From IMG/VR virus record IMGVR_UViG_3300000115_000012: DNA of 64,000 nt, one strand, 5' to 3'. Shown piece after piece: positions 36,710 to 44,129 of this stretch (position 1 is its first letter; every line of letters begins with the position of its first letter). The notes beneath the pieces were generated by a model. It was not told the DNA's origin, did no database searches, and saw only the letters and a program-made list of their open reading frames with translations. The position numbers were made by a program, and so were the translations under genes. This DNA is from a virus.

Positions 36710-38039
36710 TTTCAAATTCCTCTAGTTCTTCCAAGTACTCATCTGTGATATTTGTGTACGTACCGTCTTGTTTGAGTTCCTTAGCTACGATTTCTTCAGT
36801 GATTACGTTACGGTCAAGATAGATTTGGTCACGTTGAGCGTTAACCAATTGTAGATCAGCCATCTCTTTAGGAGTCATCTGGAATAGGGATTTGAAATCA
36901 TAATCCATATCAGTGTCGTCAGCTAGACCTAGGCTCTTAGCCATAATCTTATCAAAGTAATCAAGTAAGGGTTTATATACTTTCTTCTGAGTAGAACGTA
37001 CAGTATCATAATAGTTCTTAAGATCACCTTCACCAGTGGCATTTAAACCGCTTGCAGAACTACCTAAGAGACGTGTCGCTGGAATATCACTAGCAGCACT
37101 TAGGAATAATGCAAAACGGTCTAACAAGTCCGGCAAACCAGCAAAAGTATTACTCTTTGACTCGTACCCTTCTTCATTATCCAGTAGCATCATGTTATTG
37201 AAGCTTTTCATCATTCCAGCCATAGTGAAACGCTTACGAAGTAGAGCCTCACCTTCAGCTGTCTGTAGATAGCCCATCAAACCTTTGACCTTCATGATAT
37301 CTACGTTTGTCTCATAGACCATACTAGCTGCACCATCGGCAGTAGTATTGAAGTTAGTTACGGCTTCATATAAACGACTTAAAACTGAATCTGACCAATA
37401 GTTGTTACGACGGAACTCATCAAACGGTAATGGTATACCATCAAATCTTAATATACGACTATGGTGAATTTTAACCGATGTCTCATTGAATCGATAATAT
37501 TCAGGCATACCAAAATTAATATTCATCGGGTCAGCAATAGGAACAATATCTGCATTACTCACACGGTGACGGTCAATAGCTTTAATATGACGTAGACCAC
37601 CTTTCTTAATTTTATTAATATCAAGAGGTTTATCAGGAGTTTGCCCGTCATCAATAGACATCACAATAAGACCACCGCCATATAGACGACCCCATTTATG
37701 AGCCTCATTAAAGTAAGAGCTCAATTGTAGACGATCTTCTTCATCCTCTAAAAGCTTAACAACTTTAGGATCAACGTCACCAGTAAACTCACGCCATTCA
37801 CGAGTCATATCGTCAGGAATAATATCTACTACTTTACCGCATAGCCAATCGGTACGGTACATAGCATTTAATTCATCTTGATTACCGTCAGCCGATAGCA
37901 TCTTGTTATTTACGAACTTAGAATGTGATCGTTTATCTTGTTCTGTTCCCAATTGAGCTACGAGGTTTTCTAGACCATCTTTTTGGAATTGCTCCTCGTC
38001 GCTCAAGATTTTGGCTTTCTGGACGCTCTGGTCACTCAT
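36588..38039 (-). CDS. Portal protein (DUF1073-like)
   Basis: YRTDWL..KVVDIIPDDMTREW, GRLYGG, IHHSR.L.F, IPATRLLG.S..GLNATGEGDL.NYYD; start at ATG 38039 behind GAGG. Confidence 0.92.
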   Translation of the reverse strand: MSDQSVQKAKILSDEEQFQKDGLENLVAQLGTEQDKRSHSKFVNNKMLSADGNQDELNAMYRTDWLCGKVVDIIPDDMTREWREFTGDVDPKVVKLLEDEEDRLQLSSYFNEAHKWGRLYGGGLIVMSIDDGQTPDKPLDINKIKKGGLRHIKAIDRHRVSNADIVPIADPMNINFGMPEYYRFNETSVKIHHSRILRFDGIPLPFDEFRRNNYWSDSVLSRLYEAVTNFNTTADGAASMVYETNVDIMKVKGLMGYLQTAEGEALLRKRFTMAGMMKSFNNMMLLDNEEGYESKSNTFAGLPDLLDRFALFLSAASDIPATRLLGSSASGLNATGEGDLKNYYDTVRSTQKKVYKPLLDYFDKIMAKSLGLADDTDMDYDFKSLFQMTPKEMADLQLVNAQRDQIYLDRNVITEEIVAKELKQDGTYTNITDEYLEELEEFENGFDTDTDNLEPGAEQETSTGEEETGETSEDPEVSGSEVS

Positions 38040-38057
38040 AGTCAATCCTCTCGGTTG

Positions 38058-38174
38058 TAAAGTTAATAAGGTTAGTTTTGGATACATAACCTTATTATAT
38101 TAAATAAAATTTTTACTTGTAAATATTTCTTACACATTAAAAGGTAGGTTTAAAAACTAACCTTATTAACCCTA
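38058..38174. repeat. Perfect 18-bp inverted repeat flanking a 73-bp AT-rich core (element E2, homologous to E1 at 1369-1486)
   Basis: gttaataaggttagtttt (38062-38079) / aaaactaaccttattaac (38153-38170). Confidence 0.72.
38094..38123 (-). promoter_or_regulatory. sigma70-like promoter for the portal gene, inside E2
   Basis: TTTACA-18 bp-TATAAT. Confidence 0.6.
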
Positions 38175-38188
38175 ATGTACAAAACTCA

Positions 38189-38764
38189 CTAAAAATCCTT
38201 AATACGAGGAAGACCTTGAGGAGTTATTTCGAACCACTTTAGGACTAACTTGAAATAAGTAGCTTCTGCAGACTGATTTTCAAACTCAATTAAGATCTCA
38301 GTTCCTGGTGGATACAGTCGATAAGAAGACTCAGCAGACAAATCTCCATTAACTGGGACATTTCCCTGACCAGGAGCACCTATTAATGGGATATCGATTA
38401 ACTTGGAACTCTGATCTATTGTCGTCGGAGCAGTTAGTATATTAATAGTAGACTCAGAATCAATAGTACTATCTAGTCTTAATTTAAACGGAGTTAGTAA
38501 AGCACCTAGAGTACCACCAGTAAAAGAACTAAAGGCTCTATATGTACCTCGTTCCTGATCCATTTGTACAATACGAGTTGTTAGAGCTGCATATTTACCA
38601 GCAGGGACTACCCATTTAGTATACACTTTAGATCCAGCTGCAATAGCCTCTTCAGTCCAATCTAACTCATACTCTATACCATAAGAAGTAAAACGTTGAG
38701 CGATAGGTAATGACGTTACCAAATCATCAATTACCTTACCTCTGTTATCTCTTAATGAACTCAT
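38189..38764 (-). CDS. hypothetical protein between terminase and portal
   Basis: AAGGA RBS; 191 aa with a beta-rich pattern. Confidence 0.75.
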   Translation of the reverse strand: MSSLRDNRGKVIDDLVTSLPIAQRFTSYGIEYELDWTEEAIAAGSKVYTKWVVPAGKYAALTTRIVQMDQERGTYRAFSSFTGGTLGALLTPFKLRLDSTIDSESTINILTAPTTIDQSSKLIDIPLIGAPGQGNVPVNGDLSAESSYRLYPPGTEILIEFENQSAEATYFKLVLKWFEITPQGLPRIKDF

Positions 38765-38793
38765 ATCTTGTCATCCTTATTTAAATCGGCCTG

Positions 38794-39540
38794 TTACATG
38801 GAACTACTACTGTATAACATATCTTCAAACACGATTAGATCCTCTACTGCATCCATTGTAGGGTCTATTTGGTCATCATGTTTGTGAGTCATAAGAGGAG
38901 TAAACTTGCGGAACTCCTCTTTATAATCGTGTAAGTATTCAGCGTTACGAGGTAAATGAATATATCCAGCTGCAAAGTATTTAACCACACCCATAGCCCT
39001 TAATACTTTATCAGTATTACGTTGGATAGGTTCTACGGGAATCATGTAGTCCTTTTTAATAGATTGAATAAGTGAACTACCAGAACTCTTATCTTCAATC
39101 TTGACTACTTGTGCTCCCATTGGTTTAAATTGAGTTGGTTTATGTTTATTCCAAAACTCCACTAACTTAGACTCTAAATCTGGAGCTTCCCATTTACCTC
39201 TAAATTGATCAACCAGGAATATACCCTGAGTACGGGATCTAGCCCATAATTGGAATACACTAAAGTCATTACGCTCTTTGGTCTTCTGTGCTGTATCCCC
39301 GTATATACGGTACAGGTCTATATCAGCAGGTAGGACGTCATAATATTTCCAATATTTATCCTTAAACATACCTCCGCCAAGTGGACTAGGATTCTGTTGA
39401 TACTGGGATGAAAAAGTATACTTATCACCCTCTTCGATTACCCGTAGTTTTGGAAGGTCTTGTTTAAAAGCCCAAAGCGGACTTCCTAGCGGTATTTCCG
39501 CTGGACAAATATTTGCTATTTCTTGCATACTAAAAATCAT
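38794..39540 (-). CDS. terL: Terminase large subunit, C-terminal nuclease part
   Basis: PLW, QYQQNP, GDTAQK..ERNDFSVF, IEDKSSG..LIQ, DKV.RA, HDDQID. Confidence 0.9.
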   Translation of the reverse strand: MIFSMQEIANICPAEIPLGSPLWAFKQDLPKLRVIEEGDKYTFSSQYQQNPSPLGGGMFKDKYWKYYDVLPADIDLYRIYGDTAQKTKERNDFSVFQLWARSRTQGIFLVDQFRGKWEAPDLESKLVEFWNKHKPTQFKPMGAQVVKIEDKSSGSSLIQSIKKDYMIPVEPIQRNTDKVLRAMGVVKYFAAGYIHLPRNAEYLHDYKEEFRKFTPLMTHKHDDQIDPTMDAVEDLIVFEDMLYSSSSM

Positions 39541-40396
39541 ACTGTGTACCGTCTGCTAAGCATTTTAGTATATCGTTAATATGGATTTGTTTACCGTTAG
39601 TATAGTCAGCTGGATAAGGCTTATTGATCTCTTCTTCACTGAGTAAAGTGGGGATAGTTAGATGATGCCAAATATCACCCGAACCACCTTTGAGTAGATA
39701 CCCACTTAGGTCATCTTCATGAATACGCTGCATAATAACCACCATAGGGACTTCCTCTACAGCTAAACGACTACGCATAGTATTGTTAAAGCGGTTGTTA
39801 ATAGCGTTACGCTTAACAGCTGAGTAAGCATCATCAGGTTTAACAGGATCATCAATTACAAATGCACCAGTAAACCCAGACTCCATTCTACCTGCACGGA
39901 AACCAGTAATCTGACCTCCAGCAGGAGCAGCCATCATACCACCACCTTTCTCGGTAAACCAGCGTTTCTTACCTTTGGAGTCAACTCTAATATCCATAGG
40001 CCAGAGTTCTTGAAACTGCTCACCGCCTACCATCTCTTTAATTTTAGAGGAGTTCTCTTGGGCTAAGTCGCCTGAGTATGAGGCATGGATGTATTTAGAA
40101 CGAGGGTTAATAGCTAACCCTCTAGCAATAAAATTGAGTACGACCTGCTCAGTCTTTGAATAGCCTGGAGCGATATTAACCACTAGTCTTTGGATTTTGC
40201 CGTCATACACTGCTTGCAGGACGTACTCAATAACGTAATGATGCCAATTACGTAGCATCTTTGTTCCTTCACGATGCTTAAAGAAATAACGCATAAATTG
40301 AATACCGTCATTCTCTAGCATATACTTGAGCATACGTAGTTCGTTGTATGACCAAGGTTGTAAATCTTGTTCTTCTTGGGAGTTAGAAATCGTCAT
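39530..40396 (-). CDS. terL: Terminase large subunit, N-terminal ATPase part
   Basis: NWHH, Walker A NIAPGYSKT, ASYS..LA, Walker B VIDDPVK, IMQRIHEDDL. Confidence 0.9.
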   Translation of the reverse strand: MTISNSQEEQDLQPWSYNELRMLKYMLENDGIQFMRYFFKHREGTKMLRNWHHYVIEYVLQAVYDGKIQRLVVNIAPGYSKTEQVVLNFIARGLAINPRSKYIHASYSGDLAQENSSKIKEMVGGEQFQELWPMDIRVDSKGKKRWFTEKGGGMMAAPAGGQITGFRAGRMESGFTGAFVIDDPVKPDDAYSAVKRNAINNRFNNTMRSRLAVEEVPMVVIMQRIHEDDLSGYLLKGGSGDIWHHLTIPTLLSEEEINKPYPADYTNGKQIHINDILKCLADGTQYDF

Positions 40397-40787
40397 TGAA
40401 TTTCTCCCTAAATAGCTCTATTTCCTCAGCTGTTAAAGGTTGGTTAGCTGGATCTGCTGTACCACCTTGACCTCCATTTATTTCTACTTGTTTACGCTTA
40501 GCATGAAGATATTCAGCAAGGGTCTTACTAGCCGCTAGGGAGTCAGATAGAGGTACAGTATGATATTTATAACGAGAGGTAACGTGATCTACTATTTCAG
40601 ACCAATCTGACTTAGACAACTCACCATTGGTAAAGCTGTCTATCTCGCAGATTAGTTCATATATTGAGGAAAGTCTACGGGGATCCTGACCATTCATTAC
40701 TGATTCTAAAAAGATCAGGGGATCCTTGGCCTCACCTTTGTTGATGAGATCCCTTAGATCTTCTATTGATAATGGTTTAGGCTGCAT
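40383..40787 (-). CDS. Probable terminase small subunit
   Basis: Directly upstream of and overlapping TerL; AEYLHAKRKQVEI resembles TerS C-termini. Confidence 0.65.
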   Translation of the reverse strand: MQPKPLSIEDLRDLINKGEAKDPLIFLESVMNGQDPRRLSSIYELICEIDSFTNGELSKSDWSEIVDHVTSRYKYHTVPLSDSLAASKTLAEYLHAKRKQVEINGGQGGTADPANQPLTAEEIELFREKFNDDF

Positions 40788-40849
40788 ATTGATTTAATAT
40801 TCTCCGGCTTTTATACCTCAATATTAAATCAATTATGAGAAATTGTAAA
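40788..40849 (-). promoter_or_regulatory. Late promoter plus a 14-bp inverted repeat upstream of TerS
   Basis: TTTACA-17 bp-TAATAT (40849-40821); attgatttaatatt (40788-40801) / aatattaaatcaat (40820-40833). Confidence 0.6.
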
Positions 40850-40862
40850 TTTAGAAAGGAAG

Positions 40863-41174
40863 TTAAGTAGGGAACCTCATGTCATAATAGTCACCTTCAT
40901 CCTCTTCAGGCTCTATAATTGTCAATTGTAACCGCTCACCAGGATGATAATGTTTGGCTTCCATATAACACTCGGCTTCGTTAATGGATTCTTGACCTGT
41001 CGCTACGTCACAATGAGTTCCTGCATTACAGTTACAAAACTCACAACAAGACTTGAGGTTGTAAAAGTGAAACTCAGCGAACTCCGAACCAGTACACTTA
41101 CCACCAATACGATGAGGGAACTTATAGGCCGAACAAGTACAAATCGGCCTATTGTCTTTGCGTTTCTTACTCAT
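40863..41174 (-). CDS. Cys-rich (putative Zn-binding) hypothetical protein
   Basis: CTC..Y.FPHR.GGKC, CCEFCNC..GTHC. Confidence 0.7.
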   Translation of the reverse strand: MSKKRKDNRPICTCSAYKFPHRIGGKCTGSEFAEFHFYNLKSCCEFCNCNAGTHCDVATGQESINEAECYMEAKHYHPGERLQLTIIEPEEDEGDYYDMRFPT

Positions 41175-41428
41175 AAGAACATACTACTAATTTGACCACT
41201 GAGGTCTTTGAGTAAATCCCTATCGTTAAAATTAGCACTATAACTAGGACCAACTCTAACTTCCCTGTTTACGTGAATACGAGAATGGACAGTTAAATAC
41301 TTACTATCCTTATCCTCAGTGATAGTTACGTGAATCCAATCAGGTAACTCTTTAGGTTCCATGCGATACCCACGTTCAGCTGGATATTCTACTCTACATA
41401 GTAGATGATTATATTTTCTGACTTGCAT
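41171..41428 (-). CDS. hypothetical protein
   Basis: AGGAG RBS; 4-nt overlap with the next gene. Confidence 0.7.
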   Translation of the reverse strand: MQVRKYNHLLCRVEYPAERGYRMEPKELPDWIHVTITEDKDSKYLTVHSRIHVNREVRVGPSYSANFNDRDLLKDLSGQISSMFL

Positions 41429-41455
41429 ACTGTTCTCCTGTTTTAACTATATTTC

Positions 41456-41484
41456 ATTATTGCTCGTCCTTGAGCATAAAGCAA
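41456..41484 (-). promoter_or_regulatory. sigma70-like promoter
   Basis: TTGCTT-17 bp-AATAAT; shares TTTGCTTTATGC with the 4482 promoter. Confidence 0.65.
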
Positions 41485-41485
41485 A

Positions 41486-42343
41486 TTATAAATCATCGGG
41501 ATGTCGTATTTCTAACATCTTACCAAATCTAGGTATACCGTCCTTACTCAACTCCTGGTAACTAAACTTAACTAACTCACCAATAAGATCTTCACGATTA
41601 TTCCATAATTCTTGTTTAACCGAGTCTGTGAATCCTGGTCCAAAACCTACACGGAACTCTTTATCATTCCACTTAACAACTAGACTACCAGCAGTCCCAG
41701 CTGGAACAAGATTCTCTTTACAAGAGCTACGTTTAGAGTACCCTAGTTCATCGTAGTCTTGTTCGTTAAGGTTATGTTGAGCCTCAATGATTTCTAACAA
41801 CTCAGCTTCGTCGTCAAAGAACTTCTTAATCTTAAGTAGAGTTCCTTGCTTAACAGTACTACGACCAAACTTATATTTAGAGTTAGGTTGACGAATCATT
41901 ACTCCCTCGTAACCTAACTCTAAACAACCATCCAGATATAGAGTTAGCTGAGCTTCATCTTTAATGATCACTGGATGTAAGATCTTAACATGAGGGTTAG
42001 TACAATACCATTCAGTATCTTCCAATCTAAGAGGATACCCGTAGTCCAAAGACCAGTTGTCAAACACATGAAAGGTAAAGTCAGGCTCACCGTCCTGGCT
42101 CATAATACCCGACATAACAGAGTTAAAGTCACCGTTAACCATAAGCTCACCGTCTAGACCGTGTAGCCCTTTTAACTGCTCCTGGACGTACTGGTTAGGG
42201 ATTGGCTTCATGCTACGTGACATAGCTACACCATCTACCATTAAACAACGAATCCCGTCTAGCTTGGGAGTAGCTAGTACGGGATATTGGATTTTATCGA
42301 ACTCAGCTTTGGTAGCCAATAACGGCTTAATTACTTTACTCAT
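41486..42343 (-). CDS. ATP-dependent DNA ligase (minimal, Chlorella-virus-like)
   Basis: TPKLDGIR (KxDG adenylation site), LDGEL, FHVFD, GYEGVMIR, LLKIK, GIPRF. Confidence 0.93.
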   Translation of the reverse strand: MSKVIKPLLATKAEFDKIQYPVLATPKLDGIRCLMVDGVAMSRSMKPIPNQYVQEQLKGLHGLDGELMVNGDFNSVMSGIMSQDGEPDFTFHVFDNWSLDYGYPLRLEDTEWYCTNPHVKILHPVIIKDEAQLTLYLDGCLELGYEGVMIRQPNSKYKFGRSTVKQGTLLKIKKFFDDEAELLEIIEAQHNLNEQDYDELGYSKRSSCKENLVPAGTAGSLVVKWNDKEFRVGFGPGFTDSVKQELWNNREDLIGELVKFSYQELSKDGIPRFGKMLEIRHPDDL

Positions 42344-42648
42344 TTATTAGACTCCTTATTACAGTTACATATTGATTTATGATTATAACAGCCACCACAA
42401 TAAGGAGGTCCATAGGAACAAGTTGGATCCTTATCTCCTGGTTGCATTATTTCCTCTTCACCCCATGAGTGAGTTAGGTCAGGTACAAAAGTCATTGATG
42501 TTTGCCATGCATAACCATCAGTAGGTCTCATGTCTTCATGTAAAGAAACATATACATCCTGATGAACTTTGACTAACCATCCACCAGGAACTTTAGCTCT
42601 TTGGTGGAAGTCGTCTATGTCTTCCCAATCTAAATTTACTTTAATCAC
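42340..42648 (-). CDS. hypothetical protein with a Cys-rich C-terminus
   Basis: RAKVPGGWLV motif; C....YCGGC.....CNC. Confidence 0.7.
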   Translation of the reverse strand: MIKVNLDWEDIDDFHQRAKVPGGWLVKVHQDVYVSLHEDMRPTDGYAWQTSMTFVPDLTHSWGEEEIMQPGDKDPTCSYGPPYCGGCYNHKSICNCNKESNK

Positions 42649-43187
42649 TTCTTTTCTCCTAATAGTCTAGTCCACATCATTGTTATATATTGTGCCTGAA
42701 ATTTAGCATCATCTAAAGCATTATGAGCTCCTTGACGATTCACCGTTTTATTGAACCCACCTCTTGTGGACTCATACATATCCAGTACCGTACGACAATC
42801 TCTAATATTCCAAAACTTCCAAGGGATTTCAATATCGTACTGACGGTAAGCATCCTCAAGCATAGAGATATCAAACGTAGCTCCGTTACCCCATATCTTA
42901 GCATCTTTGGGCAACCACTCAGCAAGCTCTTTAAGGACGTCGTCTAAAGCATCCAAACCAAAGTGAGCTGCTTTGGCTTCGGCTGTTTGACCTTCCCACC
43001 ACTCAGTAGTTTCTGAACAGATGTGTCGTTCCTGGTCTTCCCAATCTAACTCACGGTAGAATGTCTCCTTAGACACTTTACCGTAACGAGGGTCAAACAC
43101 AATAGCACCGATAGAGACAATAGCTGATTGCGGAGTAGTTCCCATTGTTTCTAAGTCTATCATTACGTGACGTAGTTGTTTAGTCAT
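42645..43187 (-). CDS. DEDDh exonuclease (copy 2)
   Basis: Identical to 64-606. Confidence 0.85.
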   Translation of the reverse strand: MTKQLRHVMIDLETMGTTPQSAIVSIGAIVFDPRYGKVSKETFYRELDWEDQERHICSETTEWWEGQTAEAKAAHFGLDALDDVLKELAEWLPKDAKIWGNGATFDISMLEDAYRQYDIEIPWKFWNIRDCRTVLDMYESTRGGFNKTVNRQGAHNALDDAKFQAQYITMMWTRLLGEKK

Positions 43188-43371
43188 GGTCGTACTCCTC
43201 AATCATACTCAAGTCAGAATCCAATAACTCACACCGGACTCCTTGTACTCCCGATTTTTCAAATTGATGCCAATACCCGTTATCACTCCAGTTGCAACCG
43301 ATATACTTTAGAATCTCATCTTGATATTTGAATTTATAAAGACGACCTCTCTTCATCTGTTCTCTATTCAT
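43180..43371 (-). CDS. hypothetical protein (copy 2)
   Basis: Identical to 599-790. Confidence 0.7.
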   Translation of the reverse strand: MNREQMKRGRLYKFKYQDEILKYIGCNWSDNGYWHQFEKSGVQGVRCELLDSDLSMIEEYDHD

Positions 43372-43381
43372 TTCAGAACTC

Positions 43382-43696
43382 CTATTTAACATTCGAGTCT
43401 ACTAACTCGCATTCATGTTCAGTGTAATGTTTGAGAGTTATAGACCCGTTCTTAACGAGAATCAACTCAACTTTAGTTCGGTCAAGCATACCTAAGAACT
43501 TCATAGTCTTAACCTTACCCTCTATTTTAGCACCGATGTACTCTGCTGTAAAGTGTATATCGGGAATTTCTAGATAAGCTTCTCCATCTTGAGGTTCGAA
43601 TATCACCACATCCTGGTTGTTACACTCCAATAGAAGAGTCCCAGCTTGAGCTGATGTAGATAGGATGAGTAGTAATGTCGCTAATGTTTTGTTCAT
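43382..43696 (-). CDS. exported hypothetical protein (copy 2)
   Basis: Identical to 801-1115. Confidence 0.7.
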   Translation of the reverse strand: MNKTLATLLLILSTSAQAGTLLLECNNQDVVIFEPQDGEAYLEIPDIHFTAEYIGAKIEGKVKTMKFLGMLDRTKVELILVKNGSITLKHYTEHECELVDSNVK

Positions 43697-43884
43697 AGTG
43701 ATTTCACCTTGTCGATATTAAACTCAAGGTCCTCAGCATTATGACAAACAACCTTACCTTTAGAGTCTAGAGTTACGGCTTGTGTCCATTCATCTTCTGA
43801 AGTTCCAGTTAAGAACTCTATAAATATGTACTCTTCCTCGGTACGAGAGTTCATTACTTTTAAACCAAATAGTGGATGTTTCAT
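43693..43884 (-). CDS. hypothetical protein (copy 2)
   Basis: Identical to 1112-1303. Confidence 0.7.
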   Translation of the reverse strand: MKHPLFGLKVMNSRTEEEYIFIEFLTGTSEDEWTQAVTLDSKGKVVCHNAEDLEFNIDKVKSL

Positions 43885-43949
43885 ATTTTGTTCCTCTGTT
43901 AAATAGTGAGAGTTCTGATTTCTGAGTTATACCAGTTGCTCTCGGATTG

Positions 43950-44067
43950 TAGGGTTAGAAAGGTTGGGTTTTTATATCAACATTGCTTTATAAAAGAAAT
44001 TTTTTTACTTATAAACTTTTTTCTTAATGTTTAAGTTAATGATTAAAACCCAACCTTTCTAACCCTA
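43950..44067. repeat. Element E1 inverted repeat / candidate origin (copy 2)
   Basis: Identical to 1369-1486. Confidence 0.75.
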
Positions 44068-44129
44068 TTAAAGATTTCAGCGGAGTCAGATACAAAATTC
44101 CAACTCCAAACCCAACTAAACTAACCTTC

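Larger units (their letters stand above)
1..42581. mobile_element. Complete unit-length genome of a lytic contractile-tailed dsDNA phage (42,581 bp, circularly permuted as shown)
   Basis: Full set of portal, terminase, capsid, sheath, tube, baseplate, lysis and replication genes; no integrase or CI-like repressor recognised; sequence at 42582 restarts position 1 (caccaggaac...). Confidence 0.97.

Noticed and set aside
142-37272. Many opposite-strand or nested ORFs in the track (e.g. 142-366, 3080-3379, 4740-5186, 9682-9987, 24012-24293, 25288-25713, 27528-27929, 37036-37272)
   Set aside because: They are shadows of well-supported genes, lack RBSs or motifs, and have antisense-like composition.
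39500-39620. Intron or intein interrupting TerL
   Set aside because: The two ORFs overlap by 11 nt, leaving no room for a self-splicing intron, and there is no intein Cys...His-Asn signature or homing endonuclease.
1-42581. tRNA/rRNA genes and GATC avoidance
   Set aside because: No cloverleaf-like intergenic sequence was seen, and GATC/GGATCC sites are plainly present; no count was computed.
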